A stretch of DNA of 40,000 bases from an uncultured Rivularia sp. (GCA_963665115.1 OY762007.1:7180679-7220678); one strand, 5' to 3'; counted from the first letter of the stretch, positions 1-9,792 are shown. Made by a program: numbers and translations. Notes: a model not told the origin generated them from the sequence alone.

Positions 1-376
1 AACCTTGATTTTTACCTCTTAAACCAATGACTTCCTCAAGAGTGTCGTAGGGTGCCCCTGCCACTGCCAACATTTCATCGCCGGGACGAAGAACGCCGAA
101 TAATGCACAAGCTATTGCATGAGTTCCGGAAACAAACTGTACCCTTACAGCTGCGCTCTGTGCCCCCATTATTTGAGCAAAAACTTTATCTAAAGTGTCC
201 CTGCCTAAATCATCATGACCGTATCCCGATACGCCTGCAAAATGGTGTGCCCCTACACTATGATGGCGAAAGGCAGTAAGTACTCTTTGGAGATTTTGCT
301 TGACCTTCTGGTCAATTCCAGAAAAAATCGTTAACAGTGCTTGTTCTGCTTTTTGCAGCTGTTCCAAGCTGTTCAT
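1..376 (-). CDS. Methionine gamma-lyase family / aluminium-resistance-type PLP protein, N-terminal part (gene runs off the window start)
   Basis: Not in the ORF track because it hits the edge. Reverse translation from ATG (376-374) gives MNSLEQLQKAEQALLTIFSGIDQKVKQNLQRVLTAFRHHSVGAHHFAGVSGYGHDDLGRDTLDKVFAQIMGAQSAAVRVQFVSGTHAIACALFGVLRPGDEMLAVAGAPYDTLEEVIG. The GYGxDDxGRDxL...SGTHA pattern fits my recollection of the YnbB/Met_gamma_lyase family. Confidence 0.55.
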   Translation of the reverse strand, partial: MNSLEQLQKAEQALLTIFSGIDQKVKQNLQRVLTAFRHHSVGAHHFAGVSGYGHDDLGRDTLDKVFAQIMGAQSAAVRVQFVSGTHAIACALFGVLRPGDEMLAVAGAPYDTLEEVIGLRGKNQG

Positions 377-519
377 TAGTAAAACCGTTCTTAAATAATA
401 ATTATGCGGATTGTGGCGCTATGGGCGCTACGCTTTGCGTGAGATTCACGCAAAAAGCCCTGAAATGGGCATAACGGACGCGCAGATAATGGCTAATCAA
501 TTCTTAAACAGGTTACCGC

Positions 520-1341
520 ATGACACTTGCTTCATCAACAACTAGAGGACCATTAAATTGGTTGCACATTACATTTTTCGTCGGTTTACATTTTGGAATT
601 TTACTTGCCCTATTCCCCGCTTTTTTTAGCTGGAAAGCTGTTGGTGTCGCTTTACTGCTTTACTGGGTGACTGGAGGCTTGGGTATTACTCTAGGATTTC
701 ACCGTCTGATAACTCATCGCAGTTTTGAAACTCCTAAGTGGCTGGAGTATGTCTTAGCATTTTGCGGGACTCTGGCTTGTCAAGGAGGTCCAATTGCATG
801 GGTTGGAATGCATCGCATACACCATTTACATTCCGATCAAGAGTTAGATCCACATGATTCCAATAAAGGTTTTTTTTGGAGTCATTTACGTTGGATGTTT
901 TACCACTCTCCAGCTTTTGATGATGTTCCTCGCTTTACTAAGGACATCAAGGACGATCCATTCTACATATTTTTAGAAAAGTATATGCTACCAATCCAGT
1001 TCGCTCTGGGTGGATTGCTATTACTTTGGGGTGGCTGGTCTTTTGTGGTTTGGGGTGTTTTTGTTCGTCTTATTTTTGTATGGCACTGTACTTGGTTTGT
1101 CAATAGTGCAACTCATAAGTTTGGCTATCAGACATACGATGCAAAAGACCATTCCACAAACTGCTGGTGGGTAGCTTTACTGACCTATGGTGAAGGCTGG
1201 CACAACAATCACCACGCTTTCCAATATTCTGCTCGTCACGGGTTGCAATGGTGGGAAATTGACCTTACCTGGATGACTATCCAAGTATTACAATTCTTAG
1301 GTTTGGCTACCAATGTCAAACTCGCACCAGTGAAGCAGTAA
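520..1341 (+). CDS. desC: Acyl-lipid Delta9 fatty-acid desaturase
   Basis: 273 aa. Three histidine boxes (HRLITHR, HRIHHLH, HNNHH) and hydrophobic spans typical of cyanobacterial DesC. Confidence 0.9.
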   Translation: MTLASSTTRGPLNWLHITFFVGLHFGILLALFPAFFSWKAVGVALLLYWVTGGLGITLGFHRLITHRSFETPKWLEYVLAFCGTLACQGGPIAWVGMHRIHHLHSDQELDPHDSNKGFFWSHLRWMFYHSPAFDDVPRFTKDIKDDPFYIFLEKYMLPIQFALGGLLLLWGGWSFVVWGVFVRLIFVWHCTWFVNSATHKFGYQTYDAKDHSTNCWWVALLTYGEGWHNNHHAFQYSARHGLQWWEIDLTWMTIQVLQFLGLATNVKLAPVKQ

Positions 1342-1390
1342 TAAGGCTTTAATTATGCGGAAAGTTACTTTTCCGCACCAGATTTTGCAA

Positions 1391-1448
1391 GGTTCGTAGT
1401 AAGCGATTTATCGCTTAATCTCAGGAATAAATTCCTTACTACGAACCC
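1391..1448. repeat. Dispersed structured repeat: outer stem GGTTCGTAGTAAG/CTTACTACGAACC enclosing two small palindromes
   Basis: Outer inverted repeat read directly. Inner palindromes are AAGCGAtttaTCGCTT and AGGAATaaATTCCT. Related copies lie at 4112-4167 and 38014-38066. Confidence 0.6.
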
Positions 1449-1733
1449 GTCAAAGTTAATCAAAGAGATTATTCCGGAACCGTGTTCAAAATCAAAAATT
1501 TAAAATCTTTTGATTGGCTGGGTTTAATTAACATTTATTTACCTCCGCTTAATAATTCTTACTTAAAGGAATAAGCATGGTATAGCTCGTTTTGATCGGA
1601 AAATCGAGCTTTTTCTTGCGGAAGTGGTGTTAATAAATTGATATAATCCTAAACGCGAACGTTACGAAACTTCGCAAAAAGCGACTATGCTAGTTGCTTG
1701 TATGCGGAATTTTTTTATTTATAAAATTCATTC

Positions 1734-2792
1734 ATGACAACATCAGCAGTAAACACACAGAATAATTCACAGCCAAAACCGCCATCTGACTCCCAACTAA
1801 AGCTGACAGACGTGGTAAAAAGCCTTCCTCAAGAGTGTTTTGTACTAGATGCTCGTAAAGCTTGGTTTAGTGTAGTCAGTAATGTTTTAGCCGTTATTCT
1901 TGGCTACTTTTTTTTGGCGATCGCACCTTGGTATCTTTTACCGTTAGCGTGGATATATACAGGTACTGCTGCTACGGGATTTTTTGTCATCGGACATGAT
2001 TGCGCTCATCGTTCATTTGCGAAGCGTCGTTGGGTGAATGATGTAGTAGGGCATTTATTTATGATGCCGTTGATTTACCCTTTCCACGGTTGGCGAATTA
2101 AGCATAACTATCATCATGCTCACACCAATAAGCGGCTGGTAGATAATGCTTGGCAGCCAGTAGGAACTGAAGTTTATGAAAATAGTGGCATAGCTCTTAA
2201 ATGGGCCTTTAAAAGGTTTTTGCACAACCGTTTGTGGTGGATAGGTTCAATCGTACATTGGGCGCTGCATCATTTTAATTGGAATCAATTTCGTAAGCAA
2301 GACCAAGCAGAAGTTAAACTTTCTGTGGCTGTAGTCGCTCTGTTCGCAGCTATATGCTTTCCTACCCTAATTGCAACAACTGGTATCTGGGGATTTATTA
2401 AATTCTGGTTTATCCCTTGGATGGTGTACCATTTTTGGATGAGTACTTTTACTTATATTCACCATACCGCTCCAGATATCGCTTTTGTACCGGCAGATAA
2501 ATGGGATGCACTAACAGCCCAGCTATCCGGTACGGTTCACTGCAATTACCCTCGTTGGGTAGAATTCCTGTGTCACGATATCAACGTACACGTGCCTCAT
2601 CACATTTCCACAGCAATTCCTTCTTATAACCTGCGTCTAGCTCATAGCAGCTTACAAGAGAATTGGGGAAGCTATTTACATGAAGAATGTACGTTCTCTG
2701 TATCTTTGCTGAAGTACATAACTGATAGATGTCACTTATATACTCCAGAGAATGAATATATTTCCTTCAAGGATTATCACGCACAGCAATAA
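1734..2792 (+). CDS. desA: Acyl-lipid Delta12 fatty-acid desaturase
   Basis: 352 aa. Histidine boxes HDCAH, HNYHH and HVPHH. Position directly after desC, as in the desC-desA-desB arrangement known from Nostocales. Confidence 0.9.
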   Translation: MTTSAVNTQNNSQPKPPSDSQLKLTDVVKSLPQECFVLDARKAWFSVVSNVLAVILGYFFLAIAPWYLLPLAWIYTGTAATGFFVIGHDCAHRSFAKRRWVNDVVGHLFMMPLIYPFHGWRIKHNYHHAHTNKRLVDNAWQPVGTEVYENSGIALKWAFKRFLHNRLWWIGSIVHWALHHFNWNQFRKQDQAEVKLSVAVVALFAAICFPTLIATTGIWGFIKFWFIPWMVYHFWMSTFTYIHHTAPDIAFVPADKWDALTAQLSGTVHCNYPRWVEFLCHDINVHVPHHISTAIPSYNLRLAHSSLQENWGSYLHEECTFSVSLLKYITDRCHLYTPENEYISFKDYHAQQ

Positions 2793-2823
2793 TGAGTTCT
2801 GATTTTTTGAAGGACTTACATCT

Positions 2824-2858
2824 TTAACCCCCAAAAATGTATATTAATTGGGGGTTAA
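2824..2858 (+). terminator. Hairpin downstream of desA (10-bp perfect stem TTAACCCCCA/TGGGGGTTAA)
   Basis: Inverted repeat read directly, 32 nt after the desA stop. No clear U-tract follows, so terminator function is uncertain. Confidence 0.4.
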
Positions 2859-3023
2859 CAATAAATAAGAATACAGTCATGAAATTGAAGGTAAGAGACT
2901 ATTTTTTTTAGCGCATGACTAATTTTTGTAATGCCTAATTTTTAAAGTTCAGTCTTTTATACAAATTGATTTTACTGACTTTAATTTGCTCAAAGTTCAC
3001 TTTATATCCGGTAACTTAGCTCA

Positions 3024-4093
3024 GTGACATCTTCTACAATTAATACAGGCAATATTCCTCAAGATGCATCATCAGAGGAAATAACCAAACTTCCCTTTAC
3101 TCTGGGGGATGTAAAAGCAGCAATTCCAGCAGAATGCTTTCAGCCTCAAGTGTGGAAATCTCTGTTTTTCTTCTTCCAAGACATACTAATAATTGCTGGA
3201 CTTTATGCTTTAGCCCATTACTTAGACTCCTGGTTATTTTTTCCCATTTTCTGGGTAATGCAAGGAACGATGTTCTGGGCTTTATTTGTAGTAGGGCATG
3301 ATTGTGGACATCAATCATTTTCTCGTCACAAATGGTTGAACGATTTGATTGGACATTTATCTCATACACCGATACTTGTTCCCTATCATGGATGGCGGAT
3401 TAGTCACCGAACTCACCACAAAAATACTGGTAGTCTGGAAAATGATGAAAGTTGGTATCCGATATCGGAATCAGCTTACAACGAAATGGATATAGTTGAA
3501 AAAATCGGCAGACACTATCTGTTTTTACTGGCTTATCCGGTATATTTATTTAAACGCTCCCCAGGAAAAACAGGCTCTCATTTTTCACCCAGCAGTCCCC
3601 CTTATTCAAACCCTCGGAAAAATGGGATGTGATTACCAGCACCGTACTTTGGAGCGCAATGGTTGGTTTGCTGGCTTTCCTAACCTATCAATGGGGTTTC
3701 ATGTGGTTTCTTAAGTACTACGCTGCTCCATACATTGTATTTGTAATTTGGTTAGATTTGGTAACATTTTTACATCACACCGAGCCAGATATTCCTTGGT
3801 ATCGCGATGGAGAATGGACTTTTCTTAAAGGTGCGCTTTCCAGTGTCGATCGCGATTATGGTTTTATCAATCATATTCACCACGATATCGGAACTCATGT
3901 TGCTCACCACATTTTCTTAAATATCCCTCATTACAATTTGAAGAAAGCAACTGAAGCAATTAAGCCTGTTGTAGGAGAGTATTATCACAAAACTGACGAG
4001 CCAGTTTTAATTTCTCTTTGGAATTCTTTTAGAAAATGCCACTTCGTTCCAAATGAAGGCAAAAAGGTTTATTACACGTATCACTCGAAATAG
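3024..4093 (+). pseudogene. desB: Acyl-lipid omega-3 (Delta15) desaturase, split by one frameshift
   Basis: ORFs 3024-3632 and 3629-4093 together carry HDCGH, HRTHH and HVAHH boxes. They are collinear with DesB as I recall it (…GSHFxPxSPLFxPSEK…TST…). The reading frame changes at the C5 run 3597-3601. One added base restores SSPPLFKPSEKWDVITST and a 356-aa product. GTG start. Confidence 0.85.
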
Positions 4094-4111
4094 GTGTAGC
4101 TGTGTAACAAA

Positions 4112-4167
4112 GGTTCGTAGTAAAGGCTTAAGCCTTCAATCAAAGGACTGAAGTTGTTACTGCAAAC
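4112..4167. repeat. Dispersed structured repeat (GGTTCGTAGTAA… family), copy 2
   Basis: Starts with ggttcgtagtaaaggcttaagcctt (inner palindrome AAGGCTTAAGCCTT). The outer arm is degenerate. Confidence 0.45.
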
Positions 4168-4381
4168 TATTATCAATCAATTGGTGCGTGACGGCAAAAC
4201 TTATTTACAGCCCTTTGCAGCTAAATGAGGTACAAAGCTATATTCCGAAAGTCTTGTGGGATGGGCATCCCTGCCCGTCAGAATGTACTTCACCAAAACT
4301 AAATATGCTGTATCTCGTAATCTTTCGATAATTTATCGTAGCCGTCACACACCCTACAATTTGGAAATTTACGATAATAAA

Positions 4382-4410
4382 AAACCCGGTTTTTCCAAAA
4401 AACCGGGTTT
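4382..4410. terminator. Palindromic hairpin between convergent desB and desD (probable bidirectional terminator)
   Basis: aaacccggtttttccaaaaaaccgggttt has a GC core with A/T runs on both sides. An exact reverse-complement copy lies at 28524-28552. Confidence 0.6.
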
Positions 4411-4450
4411 CTGTATATGTTAAATCTTTGTCGAATCTTACGGTTGAAGT

Positions 4451-5569
4451 TTAGGAAACTTGGGCTGTAACTGTATTTATTTCCGGAGGATTGCCCATGA
4501 TTCTTAACCAACGATAGTTAGCGGCAATTGCTTTTGTAAAAGTTGGGTATACGTTGTACTGCACATTGTATTCTTCACAGACTTGCGCTAATATCGGAGC
4601 AATTTCTGGATAATGTATGTGACAAACATGAGGGAATAAATGGTGGACGGTTTGATAATTAAGCCCGCCCAGATACCAGTTTAAAAATTTGTTTTCTGGA
4701 GCAAAGTCAACTGTTGTTTTTACTTGAGCAATTGCCCATTCATCATCAACTGTATTATCTGGTAAACTTGGTTCGAGAAACTCTGCTGGTTCTAACACGT
4801 GAGCAAGCATAAAAACATTGCAAATTATTATGCCATAAACCATATTTACGATACATAATCCGATAATTACTTCAATAGGACTGTATCCCAAAGCTAATGG
4901 TATACCTGCGTAAAGTCCCAACCAAACAAATTTTGCACCTATTAAAGTCAATAATTCTAAGGTATTTGGTTTTGGGATATTATATTCGTAATATTTGCCT
5001 TTAAATAAAATAAGCTTGACATCAGAAAAAGACCAATAAAATGGAATTATTGCATATACAAAGTTAATCAATAAATGCTGAAATTTATGATATGACTTAT
5101 GCTCTCTTGCCGGAGACATTCTGACTAAACCACTACCATCAATTTCTACATCATGACCTAATATATTCGTATAGGTATGATGCAAATAATTATGACGAAA
5201 TTTCCATAGATAGCTGGAAAGACCTATGACAAAATCATAAGTTAAACCAATAGTATTATTAACCCATTTTTTCTTAGAATAACCGCCGTGGTTGGCATCG
5301 TGCCCTACACTAAAGCCTACACCAGCAAAACCCATTCCCAGCATGATACAGCCAAGTATTTTCATCCACATTACTGGGGGAGAAAAAAGAATAAATATCC
5401 AGGAAAAAAATACCCATCCTAAGATAATTGCACTTTTGAAGTACATGGCAGGATTATCTCTGGGAGTAAGATTTTCAGACTTAAAATAAGCGTCAACTCG
5501 TTTATTTAATTCTTTTCTAAAGCCAATATTTTTGGCAAAAGTTACTCTGGGAGCTTGAGTTTGGATCAT
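4451..5569 (-). CDS. desD: Acyl-lipid Delta6 (front-end) fatty-acid desaturase
   Basis: 372 aa. Boxes HDANH, HNYLHH and QTVHH (Q replacing H in box 3 is the front-end desaturase hallmark). Closely collinear with Synechocystis DesD as I remember it. No cytochrome b5 domain. Confidence 0.85.
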   Translation of the reverse strand: MIQTQAPRVTFAKNIGFRKELNKRVDAYFKSENLTPRDNPAMYFKSAIILGWVFFSWIFILFSPPVMWMKILGCIMLGMGFAGVGFSVGHDANHGGYSKKKWVNNTIGLTYDFVIGLSSYLWKFRHNYLHHTYTNILGHDVEIDGSGLVRMSPAREHKSYHKFQHLLINFVYAIIPFYWSFSDVKLILFKGKYYEYNIPKPNTLELLTLIGAKFVWLGLYAGIPLALGYSPIEVIIGLCIVNMVYGIIICNVFMLAHVLEPAEFLEPSLPDNTVDDEWAIAQVKTTVDFAPENKFLNWYLGGLNYQTVHHLFPHVCHIHYPEIAPILAQVCEEYNVQYNVYPTFTKAIAANYRWLRIMGNPPEINTVTAQVS

Positions 5570-5947
5570 AAAGAATATTTTCTCGCTTAAATTGGAAATT
5601 GATTTACAGCAAATTTCATATTTTTAAATTAAATTACATCTTGACGCGCAAGCATACCCCTGCTAGAAGAAGTTATTTTATTTAGAATTTGAAAATTGCT
5701 TTAAGCACATCTTACACATCTTACACTCTCAACTTAAAAAGTCCTAAAAATCAGTTTTTTTAACCAATCATTAAACTAATTCGATTAGCATTTTTGTTTC
5801 TTCCGTACTTTTTTCATTAACATAAAGGCAAAATCGATAAGTCTTACCTCGCTATTCAAGAAAAAATACACCCGATTTATTTGAGAATTCTCAAGGTGTA
5901 ACGTTAAACTATTATATTTATCAAAAGTGTCTAAACTATCTGCCCGC

Positions 5948-7231
5948 TCAAATTCTTCCATTTCCTTGAACAATATGTTTAAGGGTGGTCAAACTTTCCA
6001 AACCAATCAATCCCCTACGATGTCCTTTTTGATTGGACATTCCTAAAAATACGGCATCTCCCCATAATGGATTTCGGCTGAAACGCGGGGAAGCATTTAT
6101 GTATGTAGAAGCGCTATTTACGCCTAAAGCAAATTGTCTGCTTTCTTGATAAGATTCAGTCACAATACAGTCGGCGTGTCCGCTACTATATCGATTAATC
6201 CAATTAATTGCTGAATCTAAATTTTCTACAAGCTTGAATGCAACTGTCTTAGTGAAATAAGCATTTCCCCATTCACTATCTTTGACTGGTTGCAATTGAG
6301 GAAATGATTCTCTTAACTCGTCATCTCCCCTCAATAAAAAACCTTTTTCCTGCAAACTTTTTAACAAAGTACCGAATGAAGAAGATAAAGTTTGCCGGTT
6401 AATTAATACTTTTTCAATCGCATTTACAGGATCTGGAGAACTTGCATGGCTCTCATTAATCATCCAGCGCACCATATCCACCAAATTACCATTTGGCGAC
6501 CAGTATAGATAGCAATTACCCATAGCCGATTTTAAGACTGGTGCTGTAGATTGACGTACTACCCGATGAATTAGACTGTTACGTCCGTAGGGAATCACTA
6601 AATTCAAATAATGCTCTTGACTAACTAATTCCTGGATTAACGTACCATGCTCTGCCGTAACCAACTCTATTGAGCCTACAGGTAATCTTGCTTCGGCAAC
6701 AGCCATTTGGAGTACTTCAGCAATGGCTGCATTAGAATGACTTGCTTCCGTGCTTCCTTTGAGAATAATGCTGTTGCCAGTCTTGATACACAAACCTGCG
6801 GCAATAGCTCCTAACTCAGGGAATGCTTCATAAATAAATGCTATTACCCCCAGAGGTGTTGATTGAGAATAACTTTGTTCTTCACCAAGCTGGTAATCAG
6901 CAGTTCTCATTCGCCCCAGTGGATCTGATAACTCCTCCAACCGTTGCAGAATTTTTACCGTCGAATCCAAACGTTCTGGAGTTAACTTTAGCCAATCCAA
7001 GACTAAATCTGGTACCGCCATTTCCCGGCAAGCTTCCAGATCCAAAGTATTAGCTTCTAAAATATCGTCAAACGAGCGTCCTAACGCTTCAGCCATAGCC
7101 ATTAAAGCGCGACTGCGCTGCGCTCCTTTAGTGATGCCCAATTTAAGAGCAGCACCATGCGCGCGCTTAGCTATACGTAAAGCGTCGCCTTCTATCGCAA
7201 TCGGTTGGGAATTTTCAGCAAAAGCATCCAC
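5948..7231 (-). CDS. proA: Gamma-glutamyl phosphate reductase
   Basis: 427 aa. Aldehyde-dehydrogenase-like sequence with the characteristic ProA C-terminus (…GHADCIVTE…ASTRFxDG-type region and final GQxR-like tail). Confidence 0.85.
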   Translation of the reverse strand: MDAFAENSQPIAIEGDALRIAKRAHGAALKLGITKGAQRSRALMAMAEALGRSFDDILEANTLDLEACREMAVPDLVLDWLKLTPERLDSTVKILQRLEELSDPLGRMRTADYQLGEEQSYSQSTPLGVIAFIYEAFPELGAIAAGLCIKTGNSIILKGSTEASHSNAAIAEVLQMAVAEARLPVGSIELVTAEHGTLIQELVSQEHYLNLVIPYGRNSLIHRVVRQSTAPVLKSAMGNCYLYWSPNGNLVDMVRWMINESHASSPDPVNAIEKVLINRQTLSSSFGTLLKSLQEKGFLLRGDDELRESFPQLQPVKDSEWGNAYFTKTVAFKLVENLDSAINWINRYSSGHADCIVTESYQESRQFALGVNSASTYINASPRFSRNPLWGDAVFLGMSNQKGHRRGLIGLESLTTLKHIVQGNGRI

Positions 7232-7247
7232 AGTAATAATCAGCGCC

Positions 7248-7656
7248 TTAACGTCTGTAAGTCAGCCAAACCATAAGTGCAGGCAAAATAGCCAATAACA
7301 CTGCTACCAGTGCCCAAGTTATAATGCCAGGTCCACTGGCTAAACGCAATGCTAACGGTAGCCATATAATCACTAGCACGAAAATAATACCTAGTGCTAC
7401 TGGTAAATAACTTTCTCCCAGACGTGGATGAACAACTTTCCATCCAGAAACCCGTCCAGCGCCAAGCTCGTTTGTAGGGATAAGTAGTAGAAAGCTGCTC
7501 CAAAACGCGAGCATTTTCCTCTACCACGAATATCTGCTGACAGCGATCGCAACCGAAGGCTTCTGTCAGGGTAATCGGAATTAAGCGTCCCCGACGGCGA
7601 CAGGGACAGGGGTATTCGTTGTTGAAATCGATTTTTTCGGGCTTTTGTGGTTGCAC
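7248..7656 (-). pseudogene. Conserved cyanobacterial Zn-ribbon protein with C-terminal 2-TM region, frameshifted
   Basis: The N-terminus (CPCRRRG…CDRCQQ, from the 138-aa ORF) and the hydrophobic C-terminus (88-aa ORF, …YLPVALGIIFVLVIIWLPLALRLASGPGIITWALVAVLLAILPALMVWLTYRR) lie in frames offset by one. The switch is at the aaa/ccc runs 7448-7453. Removing one base gives a 135-aa protein. Confidence 0.6.
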
Positions 7657-8014
7657 TATACGGCTCTTTTTACAAGATCGCAGTTTACTAATAGGAATAT
7701 TTTAATATTCCCTTTAATTTACTATTCAGAGAAAAATGTTTGATACCGCAATTCTCTCTTCATAAATAATTTAAAATAAGCGAGCAGTTTACCCACTAAA
7801 ATTTCTTTATATCATTAACCGTTAAAAGTATTACTCTTTCTATATACATATTTTGCATTACACAACAATAATTATTTAACTCTCGATCGTATAAACCATA
7901 TTTAACAAACAAAGCCCTATGCTTTTATCATCATCCAGTGTAGTCCATCCCACTGAAAACAGAACGTTTATTTTTAATAAATGTAAATTTTCAAAACATA
8001 TTGATAAACAAACT

Positions 8015-8051
8015 AAAAGATGCAGAAAAATTTTGTTTTTCTGCATCTTTT
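8015..8051 (-). terminator. Perfect 16-bp palindrome downstream of tRNA-Gly
   Basis: aaaagatgcagaaaaa / tttttctgcatctttt with a 5-nt loop. T-runs on both strands. Confidence 0.7.
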
Positions 8052-8068
8052 AAATCATTATTTCTTAA

Positions 8069-8140
8069 AGCGGGTGACGCGATTCGAACGCGCGACATTC
8101 ACCTTGGCAAGGTGACGCTCTACCACTGAGCTACACCCGC
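8069..8140 (-). tRNA. tRNA-Gly (anticodon GCC)
   Basis: The reverse complement reads GCGGGTGTAGCTCAGTGGTAGAGCGTCACCTTGCCAAGGTGAATGTCGCGCGTTCGAATCGCGTCACCCGC. It has an acceptor stem, D-loop, anticodon loop TTGCCAA and T-arm GTTCGAATC. CCA is not encoded. Confidence 0.9.
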
Positions 8141-8216
8141 ATTTAATTGCTAAATAACAATATCTCATATGCATTCATATTTGTCAACACATTTTTTTAG
8201 AAGATGGGAATTGGGC

Positions 8217-8270
8217 ATGGGGTATGGGGTATGGGGTATGGGGTATGGGTAGAGGGGGTAGAGGGGGTAG
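8217..8270. repeat. STRR-like short tandem repeats (heptamer atggggt x4, then nonamer agagggggt x2+)
   Basis: Read directly. Together with 8371-8393 it forms the arms of an imperfect long palindrome (gggaattgggcat… versus …atgcccaatcccc). Confidence 0.8.
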
Positions 8271-8370
8271 AAAAATTATTAATTTACTACTCGCTACTTG
8301 CTACTTCTAACTCATAACTTCTCACCGAACACTTTTCCAATCTAAAATCCCTGCATCCTATGCCCAATCC

Positions 8371-8393
8371 CCAATTACCAATTACCAATTCCC
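8371..8393. repeat. STRR-like heptamer array (ccaatta x3)
   Basis: ccaattaccaattaccaattccc read directly. The same unit occurs inside a CDS at 21492-21533. Confidence 0.8.
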
Positions 8394-8410
8394 ATTCTTA
8401 AGCTTTCTCT

Positions 8411-8977
8411 TCAGATTGAGTTGGTAAGTTGTTTAAAGTTGCGCTTTTGAGAGAACCTGCCAAGGCTCCAGAGTTGGATGAATATTGCTGTTGCATACTG
8501 GGGACGCAGTTGACGCATCAAACTAGCCATTTCTAAGGCATTCATTGCGTAATCCCAACCGTGATTGCTTTTGATTCCTGCTCTTTCTAAGGCTTGCTGC
8601 ATGGTGTCGGCTGTTAAAACACCGAATATAACTGGTACCCCTGTCTGAAAAGCTGCTGCGGCAATTCCTTTGGCAACTTCTGCGGATACATAGTCAAAGT
8701 GAGGTGTTTGTCCTTTAATTACTGCACCCAAGCAAATTATCGCGTCGTAACTACCCGAAAGTGCTAACTGTCGCGCTACCAAAGGTACTTCAAAGCTTCC
8801 AGGCACCCAAACATAATCAACTTGAGAGCCGTGGGGATTAGTATCAATACCGTGACGCTTTAAACAATCTTGACATCCTTCCACCAGCTTGGTGGTTACT
8901 AGATCGTTAAATCTACCAATTACTAATGCAAAACGTAGGGGTTCTGTTTGAGCAAACGTTCCCTCGAAAATTGCCAT
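8411..8977 (-). CDS. ribH: 6,7-dimethyl-8-ribityllumazine synthase
   Basis: 188 aa. MAIFEGTF…[14 protein letters not shown]…[10 protein letters not shown]…[14 protein letters not shown]…GVLT is classic RibH. The last ~30 aa are probably out of frame. See the finding on the G4 run at 8500-8503, with an alternative stop at 8398. Confidence 0.88.
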   Translation of the reverse strand: MAIFEGTFAQTEPLRFALVIGRFNDLVTTKLVEGCQDCLKRHGIDTNPHGSQVDYVWVPGSFEVPLVARQLALSGSYDAIICLGAVIKGQTPHFDYVSAEVAKGIAAAAFQTGVPVIFGVLTADTMQQALERAGIKSNHGWDYAMNALEMASLMRQLRPQYATAIFIQLWSLGRFSQKRNFKQLTNSI

Positions 8978-8998
8978 AATTACCTCTTTATATATAAT

Positions 8999-9054
8999 CA
9001 GTTATCAGTTATCAGTGACCAGTTAACAGCGAGCAGTCAACAGTGACCAGTATT
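8999..9054. repeat. STRR-type heptamer array (cagtnnn x8)
   Basis: cagttat cagttat cagtgac cagttaa cagcgag cagtcaa cagtgac cagtatt read directly. A further short run follows at about 9074-9097. Confidence 0.8.
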
Positions 9055-9239
9055 TACCTTTCATGATAGGTTTGTCAGTTAACAGCAAACAGTAGTTAAA
9101 ATAATAAGAACAGATTTGGATTTCTGACGCAGAATAAAAGCTCTTGTTCTGATTCTCGTTACTAATAAACTTTATTAATATAATTTAATAAGGTAAAAGG
9201 TAATACACTAACTTTTTAATTACTGGTAACTGCTCGCTG

Positions 9240-9287
9240 AAAAAGAGCAGAAGATTAGCCACTTTATAAGCGGTATTCCTCTGCTCC
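9240..9287 (-). terminator. Putative terminator hairpin downstream of psbZ
   Basis: On the minus strand GAGCAGAGG…CTTCTGCTC is followed by TTTTT. The loop is long (~24 nt). Confidence 0.45.
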
Positions 9288-9322
9288 TATAAAATTTGTC
9301 GGCTGATGGTGAAAGCGGTGGC

Positions 9323-9511
9323 TTAAACTACGAAAAAGTTTAAAATTCCAACTACGACTACCAAAGCAAACCAAGCCGCAGAACCAATCCAGAGGAATCT
9401 CTTGGATTCAACCCAGGTTTGAGGAGTTGCATAAGCAACGGGTACGCCAACTACCATGACGAAAGATAAAGCAACTAAAGCTATTAAAGCAATTTGGAAT
9501 AGGATGGTCAT
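9323..9511 (-). CDS. psbZ: Photosystem II reaction-centre protein Z (Ycf9)
   Basis: 62 aa. [37 protein letters not shown]…LNFFVV is near-identical in pattern to Nostoc/Synechocystis PsbZ. Confidence 0.9.
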   Translation of the reverse strand: MTILFQIALIALVALSFVMVVGVPVAYATPQTWVESKRFLWIGSAAWFALVVVVGILNFFVV

Positions 9512-9792
9512 TTTTCTTTTCTCTTAGACGGAAAGTTCTAAAATTCTATATTCACTACAACCAATGTACATTATTGGTGTTAGATTCCAGACACTCTACT
9601 AGTTTAGATTTTTTGCGCTACTTGCTGCAAGGGGATGAGAAGGATTTTAATTTAGAATACGTGGCGGTTGAAACCGCGCGCCATTTGCTACAACGGAGGG
9701 AACCTCCGCAACGCAATGGCTTGTCTACACAAGCGAAACCCACCTTTGTAGGTTGTGGAAGCTTTTAGGTAATGTGAAAAAATTGCACTCAT

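Noticed and set aside
52-279. 75-aa plus-strand ORF
   Set aside because: It is the antisense shadow of the Met-gamma-lyase-family gene, whose minus-strand translation carries recognisable motifs.
3097-3714. ORFs 3097-3369 (-) and 3496-3714 (+)
   Set aside because: They are antisense or alternative-frame shadows within desB.
4299-4511. 70-aa minus-strand ORF
   Set aside because: It spans the terminator hairpin and repeat debris and overlaps the desD 3' end out of frame.
5292-7053. ORFs 5292-5489 (+), 5785-5973 (-) and 6838-7053 (+)
   Set aside because: They are shadows inside desD or proA, or lie in the AT-rich spacer. They have low-complexity, non-protein-like composition.
7240-7656. 138-aa ORF taken at face value
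   Set aside because: Its C-terminal half (…FWMESCSSTSGRKLFTSSTRYYF…) is not protein-like. The overlapping 88-aa frame encodes clean TM helices. A one-base frameshift model joining the two is preferred.
8205-8400. Short tandem repeats next to tRNA-Gly as a possible CRISPR, minisatellite or integration (att) site
   Set aside because: The units are 7-9 nt STRR-type repeats with no spacers. No integrase or mobile-element genes flank the tRNA, so no island insertion is evident.
9574-9768. 64-aa ORF between psbZ and Uma2
   Set aside because: It is built almost entirely from dispersed repeat sequences (GGCGGTTGAAACCGC…, …AACCTCCGCAACGCAATGG…) that recur in other spacers.
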